A stretch of 64,000 nt of DNA from an uncultured Alphaproteobacteria bacterium (GCA_963780805.1 CAWADP010000017.1:16944-80943); one strand, 5' to 3'; counted from the first letter of the stretch, positions 27,195 through 37,508 are shown. The notes: generated from the letters alone by a model not told the origin. A program made the numbers and translations.

Positions 27195-28994
27195 ATGGCC
27201 AACTCGCGAAAGACGTTCGTGCTGATCTACAACGATCAGTGGGGCCGCGTTCGATCGCATTCCTCGAATCGAGCTACCGGCTTGCGTCCGCGGAAGTTCA
27301 CGCCGCTTCACGAATTTCTCGGGCTGGATGAGGAAGAATTTTCTTCACTCAGATATGGCGGTTCAGAGCACCCGATTTGGAGCCCTCGCCCGATATTCGC
27401 CAATGCCACCTTCCTGACCACGGCGGCGGTGATGACAATTCTCGACCGTCACAGAATTCCAACCCACGCCTATGGGGAGAGCAGCCTGCTCGACGATCGG
27501 GTGCAGCTCGATGGGCTTACTTCAGAGAACGTCGTTGCCGTTGGTATTTCAACCACGTTCATCTTCGATGACAAGTCACTGGATTTCCTGGTACGTAGGG
27601 CCAAACAGCTCATACCCGGCGTGCCGGTCATCGTTGGTGGGGCGGGGATCACGCTCAATCCGGACTGGTTTGAGGCAACGGACGCCGATTTCTGTATCGT
27701 GGGGGACGCCGAGTTTGCTCTTCCAGAGCTCCTGAACCGTCTGGAAGCCGGCCACGACTTCACAGATATACCGAATCTTACGTGGCGCGTTCGATCTTCA
27801 ATTCCCGTGTCCGATGCCAGGTCTGATGCCAGTCATGCGGTTCGACGAAACCCACGGGACAACAGCATTAAGCTTGACGCAATTCCCACGCCTCGGTGGG
27901 ATTTGACGACCGAGGATGGCGAATGGCCCGAGAGCATTTTTTACGAATCCCTGCGCGGATGCCCATTCAAATGCAAGTTCTGCAGCTACCCGCAGCAATC
28001 GCCGGTCTGGCGCGTGAAGAGTGCGGAGCGAATGGCGGAGGAATTTGCGTATTATGCGTCGCACGGCGTGCGCTACATCATGTGCCTTGATTCAACGATG
28101 CTTACGCCCATCGCGCGTATGCGTAAATTCACCCAGCTTCTCATCGAGCTTAATGCTCCGATTTTGTGGGGCTGCTGGGCGCATCCGAGCCAAGTTCAAG
28201 ATCCTGAACTCTGCCACATGTTGTATCGGTCAGGATGCAGGGTGGTATCAATGGGCATCGAATCCGGAAGCGAACAAATTCTTGATAATATGGCTAAACA
28301 TATCTCTACGCAAAAAGCAGTTCGTGCCATTGACAATCTAAGGCAGGCGGGGCTGTATGTCCACGCGAACTATATCATCGGCTTTCCCGGTGAGACGCAG
28401 GAGACAGCCAGGGAAACCATCAATTTCATGAAACGCACGCAGGCCGATTCATACACCCTGCAGGCGTTCCAGGTGCGCGATAAGCTGATTCCGATCCTGG
28501 CGGAGGCCGCATCCTATCAGCTTAGCATTCATATGGACGAAGAAGGAAATTACCAAGGGTGGACACACGCGGAGATGAATAGCGAGGAAGCCGAGCAACT
28601 GGTCAGAAACGCACAACGGGAGTTGATTGCTTCCTGCCCGAGCGTCATTTCATTTGCCATGCTCGCCTCTGGCACCCATTATGCTCCCGGGCTTAGCGAA
28701 GATACCAGCGATATTGCCTATCGCCGGAGCGCGATTACTCCAATTGTAAAAGAGTATGAACAATTCCTCTTCGCAACACCCAGTTTTGGACTGATGGGAA
28801 ACGGTCATAAATCCTATAAGGTCGCGAACAAGCATCGGCAGATTGGCCGAGGCCTGTTAAGGGAAGAGCTATCGCGTGGCCGAATTATCTCCGGCGCCAC
28901 ACACCAGCGTGTCCAGGCGCGGTCCACGATGGCGGGGAAATCGATAGCGCCTGGGGATTCCGCCAGCAAAGCGGTTTTTCGACACACCGATTAG
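27195..28994 (+). CDS. B12-binding-domain radical SAM enzyme (class B)
   Basis: GGGGGA RBS. N-terminal cobalamin-binding-type Rossmann segment (VVAVGISTTF...PVIVGGAGITLNPDWF..DFCIVGDAEFALPELL). Radical SAM cluster motif ESLRGCPFKCKFCSYP (CX3CX2C). GIESGS and GFPGET motifs. An alternative ATG at 27159 exists. Confidence 0.9.
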   Translation: MANSRKTFVLIYNDQWGRVRSHSSNRATGLRPRKFTPLHEFLGLDEEEFSSLRYGGSEHPIWSPRPIFANATFLTTAAVMTILDRHRIPTHAYGESSLLDDRVQLDGLTSENVVAVGISTTFIFDDKSLDFLVRRAKQLIPGVPVIVGGAGITLNPDWFEATDADFCIVGDAEFALPELLNRLEAGHDFTDIPNLTWRVRSSIPVSDARSDASHAVRRNPRDNSIKLDAIPTPRWDLTTEDGEWPESIFYESLRGCPFKCKFCSYPQQSPVWRVKSAERMAEEFAYYASHGVRYIMCLDSTMLTPIARMRKFTQLLIELNAPILWGCWAHPSQVQDPELCHMLYRSGCRVVSMGIESGSEQILDNMAKHISTQKAVRAIDNLRQAGLYVHANYIIGFPGETQETARETINFMKRTQADSYTLQAFQVRDKLIPILAEAASYQLSIHMDEEGNYQGWTHAEMNSEEAEQLVRNAQRELIASCPSVISFAMLASGTHYAPGLSEDTSDIAYRRSAITPIVKEYEQFLFATPSFGLMGNGHKSYKVANKHRQIGRGLLREELSRGRIISGATHQRVQARSTMAGKSIAPGDSASKAVFRHTD

Positions 28995-29020
28995 TCTGGC
29001 TCGAGTTAGTCTGGCTCGAG
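28991..29020. repeat. 15-bp tandem duplication (ttagtctggctcgag x2) overlapping the radical SAM stop codon
   Basis: Copies at 28991-29005 and 29006-29020, read directly. At the right edge of the low-GC cassette. Confidence 0.85.
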
Positions 29021-29170
29021 ACGGCTTTGCGGACCGAATGCACTAACTTCTTCGTCCGTTGCCGCACCACCCCTTGGCGCGCGGCCATTTCCTGGCCGGG
29101 GCTTCGTGTGTTCTGCTGAGGTGCATGGGGCCGCCGCCCCTTGTCAGTGCCCGCCGCGAACAGGTCGAGG

Positions 29171-30668
29171 TCAGCCGCGGGCAAACAACGCCGCGCCACT
29201 GCCGGCGATACGGCCGAAGGTGACCCCGGCCACCAGTCCCGTGCCGCTGCCGTAATTATGATAATAAAGGCCACCGACGATCTCCCCGGCGGCGAACAGT
29301 CCGGCAATCGGCGTGCCGCAGGTGTCTTCGACCTGCGCGGCGGTGGACACCTTGAGGCCGCCGAAAGTGAACGTCACGCCCGCCGTCACGCCGTAAGCAT
29401 GATATGGCGGCGTATCCAGCTTCTGCGCCCAATTGGTCTTGTCCACGGTGAGGCCAAACGTGCGCAGCCCGTCATGGATGTTCGGGTTGAACGCCACGTC
29501 CGGCCGCGGCGCATCGTTATAGGCGTGCAGCGTCGCCAGCACCGCCTGCGGATCGACCCCCGTCAGCTTGGGCGCCAGCACCTCCAGCGTATTCGCGGTC
29601 TCCTTGGTGATGCGGGCGATGCGATACTCCTCGCGCAGCAGGTGGTTGATCTTCGAGTCGAAGATCTGCCAGCCGAACAAGCCGGGCTGCTTCATCACCT
29701 CATGGCCGTACTTGGCGTAGGTGTAGGAATGGAAGTCGGCACCTTCATCCAGGAACCGCTCCCCCCGCGCGTTCACCAGCACGCCGAACGGATAGTTGTG
29801 CTTCTGGAACCGGTCGCCGATGGTCAGATCGCCGAACGGCGGGGCGTTCATGTCCCACTGCACCGCATGTGCGCCGGACCAATGTCCGGCGACCGCGGCG
29901 CCAATGTCGATCGCCATGCGGTGGCCGTAGCCCTGGTTGAAGCGGGTGCCGCGCACCTTGGCCAGGTCCCAGTTTGGTCCCAGGTAGCGTGCCCGCATCT
30001 CGGCGTTGGATTCGAAGCCGCCGCAGGCCAGCACCACCGACTTCGCGCGCAGATCGAAGCCGCGGCCGTCGGTGGCGCACGCGCACGCCCTGGATGCGCG
30101 CATCGTCGTGCAGCAGCGCATAGGCGGTGGTGTCGTACAGCACCGGCACGCCGGCCTTCTCCAGCGCCGCGTGCAGCGTCGGCACGAGTTGCGCGCCCCC
30201 GCCCAGCAGGTGGCACGCCAGCCCGCCCCAGAACTTGAATTTCCCCCCGACGTTGAACGCCTGCCGCCCGAGCGCCGGCTGGAACCGCACGCCATGCTGG
30301 CGCAGCCACAGCGCCGAGGCGTAGCTGTTGGAGATCAGCACCTCGGTCAGGTCCGGATCGCAGCGGTATTCGGTCAGCCGGCCCATATCGTCGAAATACT
30401 GGCCCTCGGTGTAGGTGCCGAAATCGATAGTCGAAAGGTCCAGGTCCTTGATGTCCGGCGCCAGCGCGAGGAGGTCGTCCACGCCGGCGTAGACGAAACG
30501 AAACGCTCCCCCGGTAAAGGCCGAGTTGCCGCCGCGTGCTTCCTGTGGCGCGGTTTCCAGCATCGCCACCGAGGCACCCGCCTCATGCGCCGCCAGCGCC
30601 GCGTTGGCCGCCGCGTTGCCCGCGCCGATCACGAGCACGTCCACTTGCGTATAGGTCGTTGGAGTCAT
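29171..30668 (-). pseudogene. tcuA: FAD-dependent tricarballylate dehydrogenase (TcuA)-like gene, frame broken near 30077
   Basis: N-part VDVLVIGAGNAAANAALAAHEAG...NSAFTGGAFRF...ARIQGVRV in one frame. C-part ATDGRGFDLRAKSVVLACGGFESNAEMRARYLGPNWDLAKVRGTRFNQG...TFTFGGL...LFAAGEIVGGLYYHNY in another. The junction is consistent with a 1-nt insertion in a gcgcgtgcgcc context. Confidence 0.8.
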
Positions 30669-30765
30669 GGCGCTGGATCCTGGCGAAACGAGCATCAGGA
30701 CCGTGTGGGCCGCGCTGCCGCCTGTCAATCGTTGGACCGGGGGAATGCTGGTGTTCGACAGCAAG

Positions 30766-30850
30766 TGTCATTGCGGAGCGCAGCGAAGCAATCTCCCGCC
30801 AGCGACTTGCGTACTCTCCGGGAGATTGCTTCGCTGCGCTCGCAATGACA
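30766..30850. repeat. REP-like palindrome, family B
   Basis: tgtcattgcggagcgcagcgaagcaatctcccg / cgggagattgcttcgctgcgctcgcaatgaca arms. Followed by GCAATGACAGA short repeats at 30841-30875 and 30999-31035. Confidence 0.85.
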
Positions 30851-30904
30851 GATGGACGCAATGACAGACGTTCGCGATGGCAGAACCCTGGCAAGCAACC
30901 AAGG

Positions 30905-30936
30905 CTCCCCCTCCCCCTGGCCAAGGGGAGGGGGTG
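30905..30936. repeat. REP-like palindrome, family A
   Basis: ctccccctccccctggccaaggggagggggtg. Confidence 0.7.
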
Positions 30937-31096
30937 TTCTTCCCCTCTCCGATCGGCGTTTCATTCAACTCGGGTTGGCCGCCAGACCGGTGGTCAACTC
31001 GCGATGACAGATGTGCGCAATGACAGATGCTCGCGATAACGGCCTCGCCGCCAGCATTGCAGCGTCATGACACAACACTGGCCGGTCGGCGCCGCA

Positions 31097-31480
31097 CTAG
31101 CTGGACGGCGTCGCGGGTTCGAAATCCGACGGCGCAAAGAAGCGGCGCAATTCGATTTCGCCGTGGCCGCTGCCGAACGCCGGATCGGGCGCCCGCATGG
31201 CCCACTCGAGCGCTTCCTCCGCCGATTTCACGTCGATGATCCAATAGCCCGAAACGATCTGCCCCCCGCCGTCGAACGGGCCGTTGGTAAGGATGCGCTC
31301 GCCGCCGGCGAACCGGATGCGGGCGCCACGGGACGTGGGGTGCAGGCCCGCCAGGTCTACCAGCACGCCGGCCTTGGACAGTTGGTCGTTGTAGGCTCCC
31401 ATTTCCGCGATCTGTGCCGGAGTGGGCATGGTGCCGGCTTCACTCGCCGGCGTAGCTTTCACCATCATCATGAAGCGCAT
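31097..31480 (-). CDS. YciI family protein
   Basis: 127 aa from ATG 31480: MRFMMMVKATPASEAG...NDQLSKAGVLVDLAGLHP...NGPF....IVSGYWIIDVKSAEEALEWA is the typical YCII/DGPF pattern. Confidence 0.85.
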   Translation of the reverse strand: MRFMMMVKATPASEAGTMPTPAQIAEMGAYNDQLSKAGVLVDLAGLHPTSRGARIRFAGGERILTNGPFDGGGQIVSGYWIIDVKSAEEALEWAMRAPDPAFGSGHGEIELRRFFAPSDFEPATPSS

Positions 31481-31795
31481 GGCTGTCTCCTTCGGTCGGG
31501 TTCGCGCGCAGGCTCGTTTGACCCCGCTGCATGAAACGACGCACGACGAGGCTTGGCACCGACAGCGTCGACGCAATCTTTTCGTCTGCCAGGGTACACT
31601 CACTTTACGTCTGCCATTATACGTCTGCCAGGCTACAGTCACCCCGCCAAGGCCGACCGCCCGCGTGCGATGCGGAGGAACGCGCCCGTGGTCACGCACC
31701 CCGGATTCGGCAACGGTCAAATCTCGGCACTTGACGGCGGCATCGCGAGGCAGCCCACATTGGGCGATCCGGGACGGGTATAAGGAACCGCGACA

Positions 31796-32770
31796 ATGTC
31801 CTCACGTATCAACCGCGCGATCGAACTGCGGTCGCAGGACCAGGCGATCTACTATGTCGGCCCGCACAGCGGCCATGTGCTGACCTATGCGCAGGGCAAG
31901 GACGATGCCGGCACCTGGGCGGACTACATCAACGTCGGCATGGAGCATGGCTGCTTCGACGTGACCGGCCTCGCCGAGTACATGCGCGGCCTGGCTGATG
32001 GCGGCCCGACCCGTTCCGACCACCGCACGCCCACGGTGATCGTGGAGGCACCGGTGAACGGCATCAACGCCAACCACGTCCGCTTCAACGCCTGGCAGTT
32101 CCGCCAGATCCTCGGCCGCGGCGTGCACGGCATCCTGCTCTGCCAGGCGGAAAACGCCGACGCCACCCGCGCGTTCGTCGAATCCTGCCGCTACCCGCAT
32201 CACCAGCAAGGCGTCGATCCGGCGATTCCCTCGGCCCTGGACCGCATGCGCGGCGCTACCGGCGGCACCCACGGGGGCACTTACGGCGGCACCTCCCGGG
32301 ACGGCCGCCTGCTGCTCGGCGTCGGCACCCGCGGCCGAGGTTCCGAATCCACCGCCGCCGCCATCTGGGGCCTGCCGCAGCCGGACTACATGCGCCGCTG
32401 CGATCCCTGGCCGCTGAATCCCGAAGGCGAGCTATTGCTCGGCGTGAAGTTGGAAAGCCCCGAGGGCATCGCCAACTGCGAATCGATCTGCGCCGTCCCA
32501 GGCCTCGGCTTCGCGGAAATGGGACCGGGCGATTTGGGGCTGTCGCTCGGCTACACCACGCTGCGGCGCGATCCCTATCCGCCCGAGATGCAGGAGGCGC
32601 GCGACCGCGTGCTCGCCGCGTGCAAGAAGAACGGCATCGCCTTCCTGGAAGGGGGCACGGCTGCCAACATCATCCAGCGGCTGAACGACGGCGTGCGGGT
32701 GATCGCCGATCACAACGAGGAATCCGCCCGCCTCGGCCGTGCCCACCAGAAGCGGACGATGGCGGTCTAG
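31796..32770 (+). CDS. HpcH/HpaI aldolase / citrate-lyase family protein
   Basis: VGMEHG..., VIVEAPVNG...QILGRGVHGILLCQAE, LLLGVKLESPEGIAN...PGLGFAEMGPGDLGLSLG. Carries a Gly/Thr-rich insertion GATGGTHGGTYGGTS. Confidence 0.82.
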   Translation: MSSRINRAIELRSQDQAIYYVGPHSGHVLTYAQGKDDAGTWADYINVGMEHGCFDVTGLAEYMRGLADGGPTRSDHRTPTVIVEAPVNGINANHVRFNAWQFRQILGRGVHGILLCQAENADATRAFVESCRYPHHQQGVDPAIPSALDRMRGATGGTHGGTYGGTSRDGRLLLGVGTRGRGSESTAAAIWGLPQPDYMRRCDPWPLNPEGELLLGVKLESPEGIANCESICAVPGLGFAEMGPGDLGLSLGYTTLRRDPYPPEMQEARDRVLAACKKNGIAFLEGGTAANIIQRLNDGVRVIADHNEESARLGRAHQKRTMAV

Positions 32771-33274
32771 GTGAGCCATCGCACGCGAGTTGGGCTGGGG
32801 CTGGGGCTTGCCGTCTTCGTTCTGGTGCTGGATCAGGTCAGCAAGGCGCTCGTGCTGGGGGCGCCGGTGCTGCAGGACGGCGGCTCGATCACCATCGTGC
32901 CCGGCATCCTGAACGTCGTGTTCACCTGGAACCTTGGCATCACGTTCGGCATGTTCCGCTACAGTTTCGCCTGGATCGTGGTGATCCCGGTCGCTCTTGC
33001 CGTCATCGCCGCGCTGCTGGTGTGGCTGATCAAGGCCGAGAATGTGCGCGTTTCCTGCGCGGTCGGCGCCATCCTTGGGGGTGCGATCGGCAACGTCACG
33101 GACCGGGTGCAGTACGGCAAGGTGGTGGACTTCCTGCATCTCCATCTCGGTGCGTTCGATCCGTTTCCCTACATCTTCAATGTCGGTGATTCGGCGATCG
33201 TGCTCGGGGTGGCGACGCTGTTGCTCGACATGGCGCTTTCCGGCAGCAGGCAGGCCAATGCCGCCGGGAAATAA
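32771..33274 (+). CDS. lspA: lipoprotein signal peptidase II
   Basis: GTG start directly after the upstream stop. DQVSK..., NLGITFG, GGAIGNVTDR, VVDFL..., FNVGDSAI motifs. Confidence 0.9.
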   Translation: MSHRTRVGLGLGLAVFVLVLDQVSKALVLGAPVLQDGGSITIVPGILNVVFTWNLGITFGMFRYSFAWIVVIPVALAVIAALLVWLIKAENVRVSCAVGAILGGAIGNVTDRVQYGKVVDFLHLHLGAFDPFPYIFNVGDSAIVLGVATLLLDMALSGSRQANAAGK

Positions 33275-33389
33275 GCCTCGGGGAATAAATAAGCCTCGGG
33301 GAACAGGTCCTCGAAGGATAAGTCCCCATGGAGTGCATCCTCGGGGAATGCGTCCTCGGGAATGCGTCCTCGGGAATGCGTCCTCGGGG
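33269..33389. repeat. intergenic short tandem repeats (ataagcctcgggga x2; aatgcgtcctcggg x3 plus one degenerate copy)
   Basis: Read directly. 14-nt units at 33347-33360, 33361-33374 and 33375-33388. Begins inside the last codons of lspA. Confidence 0.85.
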
Positions 33390-33424
33390 TATGACTGTTA
33401 GAATCACGGCAAGGGGATGCACCC

Positions 33425-34811
33425 ATGACAGCCGCCGCTACCATCGCCGCCACCTTGGCCGAACGTATCGCCGCCGTGCGCTACGACGACCTGCCGCCGG
33501 AGGCGGTGCACTGGGCAAAGGTCGCGATCCTCGACACCATTGGCTGCACGCTGGCCGGCTCGACCGAGCCCTGCGCCCGCATCGTCGATCTCGTGACGAC
33601 GGGAGGTGCATCCGCCGGCCCGTGCCTGATCTTCGGCACCAACCGCCGGACCGCAGCGCTGGACGCGGCGCTGATCAACGGCACCGCGGCGCACGCGTTG
33701 GACTATGACGATGTCAGCAACACGCTGGGCGGTCATCCGTCGGCGCCCATCGTTCCGGCGCTGTTTGCGCTGGCCGAAACGCGTAACGCCGGCGGCCAGG
33801 CGTTCATCACCGCCTTCGTCACCGGCTTCGAAACCGAGACCCGCATCGCCCGCGGTGTGAATTTTCATCATTACGAAAAGGGCTGGCACCCGACCGCGAC
33901 GCTCGGCGTGTTCGGTGCCACCGCGGCGTGCTGCCACCTGCTCGGCCTGCCCGCGGACCGGACTGCCGTGGCGCTCGGGCTGGCGGCGTCGTTCGCCTCC
34001 GGCGTGAAGGCGAATTTCGGTACCATGACGAAGCCGCTGCATGTCGGGCATTGCTCGCGCAACGGTCTGCTGGCCGCGTTGCTGGCGGCCGACGGCTTCA
34101 CCGCCAATCCCGGCGCGTTCGAGCACAAGCAGGGCTTTCTGCAGGTGTTCAACGGGGCAGGGAATTTCGATGCCGACGCGATCACGCACGGCTGGGGCGA
34201 TCCCTGGGACATCGAGCAGCCGGGTGTCGGCATCAAGCAGTACCCGTGCTGCGGCAGCACGCATCCGGCGGTGGATGCGATGCTGATGCTGGTGCGCGCG
34301 CATGATTTGACTCCGGCGATGGTGGAACGGGTGGATTCCTGGACCCATCCGCGCCGCCTGGCACACACCAACCGGCCGGCGCCGAACAGTGATCTGGATG
34401 CGAAATTCAGCGTGCAGTACCTGCCTGGCGCGCGCGCTGACGAACCGTGCGGTGAAACTGGAGCACTTCGTCGGCGACACTTACCGCGATCCGGACGTCC
34501 AGGCGCTGCTGCCGCGCATCCACGCGGCGCCGCACCCCGAGATGCGCATGGACAACAGCGGCGAACATTTCGGCGCCGAGGTGCGGGTCACGTTGACCGA
34601 CGGCCGCGTGTTGGCGCAGCGCGTCCGGCAGGCGATCGGGCGCGGCGTGGCCAATCCGCTGCCGGCGGAATTGCTGGAGGCGAAGTTCCTCGATTGTGCG
34701 TCGCGTGTGCTACCGGAGGCGAAGGCGCAGCGGTTGCTGACGTTGCTGCGGGGACTGGAGGAGGTCGATGACCTGTCCCTCGATGTTGGAGACAGGCTGG
34801 CAGCGGGTTGA
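33425..34811 (+). pseudogene. MmgE/PrpD family protein gene, frame broken by an apparent 1-nt insertion at about 34421
   Basis: Frame A to ...DLDAKFSVQY (34420). Frame B from 34422: CLARALTNRAVKLEHFVGDTYRDPDVQALLPRIH... The two parts together make a colinear, full-length PrpD-like protein (AHALDYDD, GWHPTAT, KPLH.GH motifs). Confidence 0.85.
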
Positions 34812-34883
34812 TCTTCTATTGCACTGCTTGTGCGAGACTGCCTGGCACGGTGGGGGCGGCAATTCCAGTGATGGTGGATAAAC

Positions 34884-35972
34884 TCATTTCCACGTCAGCC
34901 GGAACACCCGCATCCAATTGTCGAAGGCGATCTTCCGCACCGCGGTCTCGCCGAAGCCGTGCATCCGCAAGGCCTCGATCAAATGCTGCAGGCGGCTGGC
35001 GTCCCCCACCGGGCGCGGCATCACCGCGCCGTCGAAATCCGAACCGAGCGCGATATGGTCCTCGCCCAACCGGTCCACCAGATAGGCGAGATGCGACACC
35101 ACCGTCTCCATCGATGTGTCGGCATCGAGATGCGCATCCGGGCGCAGGTCGTTCACGCAGAGATTGAACCCCACCACGCCATCGGTTTCCCGCACCGCGT
35201 CCAGCTGCCGGTCCGTGAGATTGCGCGTGGACGCACAGACCGCGTGGGCGCAGGCATGGGTGGCAACCAGTGGCGCGGCGGTGATCGCCGCTACGTCCCA
35301 GAAGCCGCGCTCGTTCAGGTGCGACAGGTCGATCATGATGCCCAGCCGGTTGCAGGCACGCACAAGGTCCTTGCCAGCGTCGGTCAGGCCCGGGCCGGTA
35401 TCGGGCGAGCGCGGATAGGCGAACGGCACGCCGTGGCCGAAGATGTTGGGGCGGCTCCAGACCAGCCCCAGCGAGCGCAAGCCGGCGGCGTGCAGGCGAT
35501 GCAGCCCGGCGAGATCGGGGTCGATCGCATCGGCGCCCTCCATGTGCAGCACGATGGCAAAGGCGTTGTCGCGGCGCGCGGCATCGATCGCGGCTACGCT
35601 GGTGGCGAAGCGGATTTGCCCGGCCGATCTGGCCACCAGCGCGGTCAGCGCGGCGCGTTGCGCTTCGATGCGCTCGCTAGCGAAGGCGGGATCGAGCGGG
35701 TCCGCCAACCGCACTTCGTAGCCGTCGCTGGTGCGGGTGAAATCGTCCTTCGGGGGATGTTCGGGTTTTGCGAACAGGGCGAAGAGGCCGCCGGCCATGC
35801 CGCCTTCGCGGGCACGCGGAAGATCGAGATGGCCTTCCTCCGATCGCGCTAGGAAGTCGCGGCCGCCGGGGCGATACTCGGCGATGTGCTGGACAGCGTC
35901 GTTGTGGCCGTCGAAGGCCGGGACCGGGGTCGGTACCGGGATTGGGATTGGGATCGGAACGGTGGCGGGCAT
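34884..35972 (-). CDS. membrane dipeptidase (peptidase M19) family protein
   Basis: FDGHND, HMEGA, DLSHLNE, THACAHAV, GSDFDG motifs. N-terminus MPATVPIPIPIPVPTPVP. ORF extends to 36038. Confidence 0.9.
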   Translation of the reverse strand: MPATVPIPIPIPVPTPVPAFDGHNDAVQHIAEYRPGGRDFLARSEEGHLDLPRAREGGMAGGLFALFAKPEHPPKDDFTRTSDGYEVRLADPLDPAFASERIEAQRAALTALVARSAGQIRFATSVAAIDAARRDNAFAIVLHMEGADAIDPDLAGLHRLHAAGLRSLGLVWSRPNIFGHGVPFAYPRSPDTGPGLTDAGKDLVRACNRLGIMIDLSHLNERGFWDVAAITAAPLVATHACAHAVCASTRNLTDRQLDAVRETDGVVGFNLCVNDLRPDAHLDADTSMETVVSHLAYLVDRLGEDHIALGSDFDGAVMPRPVGDASRLQHLIEALRMHGFGETAVRKIAFDNWMRVFRLTWK

Positions 35973-36116
35973 CGTCTCTAACCCGTCATGGCCGCGCTTG
36001 ACCCGGCCATCTACGCACGCTGATCGGGCGGGCATCAATCATCGGGGCCCGATCGTCACTGGGTAGGTGGCCGGGTCAAGCCAAGGCTTGGCCCGGCCAT
36101 GACGCAGGAAGAGAAA

Positions 36117-37508
36117 TTACGCATGCGTCATGCGGTTCCAGGCATCCAGCGCCGCGATCTTGTACGCCTCCGCCAGCGTGGGATAGTTGAACGTGTTCTC
36201 GATGAAATAATCCAGCGTGCCTTGCAGGTTCAGCACCGCCTGGCCGATATGCACCAGCTCGGTCGCGCCCTCGCCGACGATATGCACGCCGAGCAGCCGC
36301 CGCGTGTCCAGCGCGAACAGCATTTTCAGCAGGCCGGCATTCAGGCCCATGATATGGCCGCGCGAGGTCTCGCGGAACCGCGCGATCCCACATTCATACG
36401 GGATGTCGCGCCTGCGCACCTCCTGCTCGCTCATGCCGACAGTGGAGATTTCCGGCACCGAATAGATGCCATAGGGAAAGAACTCCGGCGCCGGCGGCAT
36501 CGGCATGTTGAACGCGTGGCACGCGGCGATCCGCCCCTGCTCCATCGACGTTGACGCCAGGCTAGGGAAACCGATGGCGTCGCCGGCGGAGTAGATATGC
36601 GGCACCTCGGTCTGGAACGTCACCGGGTTGACCTTCAGCCGCCCGCGCTGATCCGGCACCAGCCCGCAGGAATCCAGGTTCAGCGCGTCGGTCGCGCCGA
36701 CGCGGCCGGCGGCGTAGAGCAGCATCTCGGACCGCAGGCGGCGGCCATTCTCCAGCACGGTGACCGGCCAGTCGTTCTCGAATTCGATGCGCGCCACCTT
36801 GCAGCCGAAACGCAGCGCCATGCCGCGGTCGCGCAACTGGTGGGTGAAGTCCTCGATCAGCTCGTCGTCGATGAACTCCAGCAAGCCGGGCCGCGCCTCC
36901 ACCAGCGCCACGCTGACATCCAGCGCACTGAAGATGGTGGCGTATTCGACGCCGATGACGCCGGCGCCCACCACCGTCAGGCTGCGCGGCAGGCGCGGCA
37001 CGTCGACGATCTCGTCGCTGTCCAGCACGTTGTGGCCGTTGAACGGCACGTCGGCCGGGCGATGCGGCCGGGTGCCGACGGCAATCAGGAAGCGCTCGCC
37101 CTCGATCGCGCGGACGTCGCCGTTGTCGAGCACCACCTCCACGCGGTGCGGGTCGAGGAAGCGCGCGGTGCCGCGCAGCGTGTGCACCGAATTGCGGGCG
37201 AACTGGTGTTCCAGCACATCCACCTCGTGGTCGAGGGTCATGTGCAGGCGCATCATCAGGTCCTTGGCCTCGATGTCTTTCTTCACCCGATAGGCACGGC
37301 CGTAGAAGCCGCGCTCGCGCCAGCCGGTCAGGTTCAGCACGGTCTCGCGCAGGGTCTTCGACGGGATCGTGCCGGTGTGCACGGACACGCCGCCGACGCG
37401 GCGGCCCCTCTCCACCACCAGCACCGAACGGCTGAGCTTGGCGGCCTGGATGGCGGCGCGCCGACCGGCCGGACCGCTGCCGATGACGACAAAATCGTAG
37501 TTGGTCAT
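36117..37508 (-). CDS. sthA: soluble pyridine nucleotide transhydrogenase (Si-specific)
   Basis: 463 aa. GSGPAG dinucleotide fold. VGGVSVHTGTIPSKTLRE has Thr in place of the redox-active Cys pair, as in SthA. Second GAGVIGVEYA fold. ATG confirmed at 37508. Confidence 0.9.
   Translation of the reverse strand: MTNYDFVVIGSGPAGRRAAIQAAKLSRSVLVVERGRRVGGVSVHTGTIPSKTLRETVLNLTGWRERGFYGRAYRVKKDIEAKDLMMRLHMTLDHEVDVLEHQFARNSVHTLRGTARFLDPHRVEVVLDNGDVRAIEGERFLIAVGTRPHRPADVPFNGHNVLDSDEIVDVPRLPRSLTVVGAGVIGVEYATIFSALDVSVALVEARPGLLEFIDDELIEDFTHQLRDRGMALRFGCKVARIEFENDWPVTVLENGRRLRSEMLLYAAGRVGATDALNLDSCGLVPDQRGRLKVNPVTFQTEVPHIYSAGDAIGFPSLASTSMEQGRIAACHAFNMPMPPAPEFFPYGIYSVPEISTVGMSEQEVRRRDIPYECGIARFRETSRGHIMGLNAGLLKMLFALDTRRLLGVHIVGEGATELVHIGQAVLNLQGTLDYFIENTFNYPTLAEAYKIAALDAWNRMTHA

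Noticed and set aside
26876-27331. 151-codon ORF 26876..27331(+) and minus-strand ORFs 26521..26977 in the cassette spacer
   Set aside because: They overlap the well-supported start of the radical SAM gene or the small peptide ORF. They lack an RBS and have Arg/Ser/Gly-rich, non-protein-like composition.
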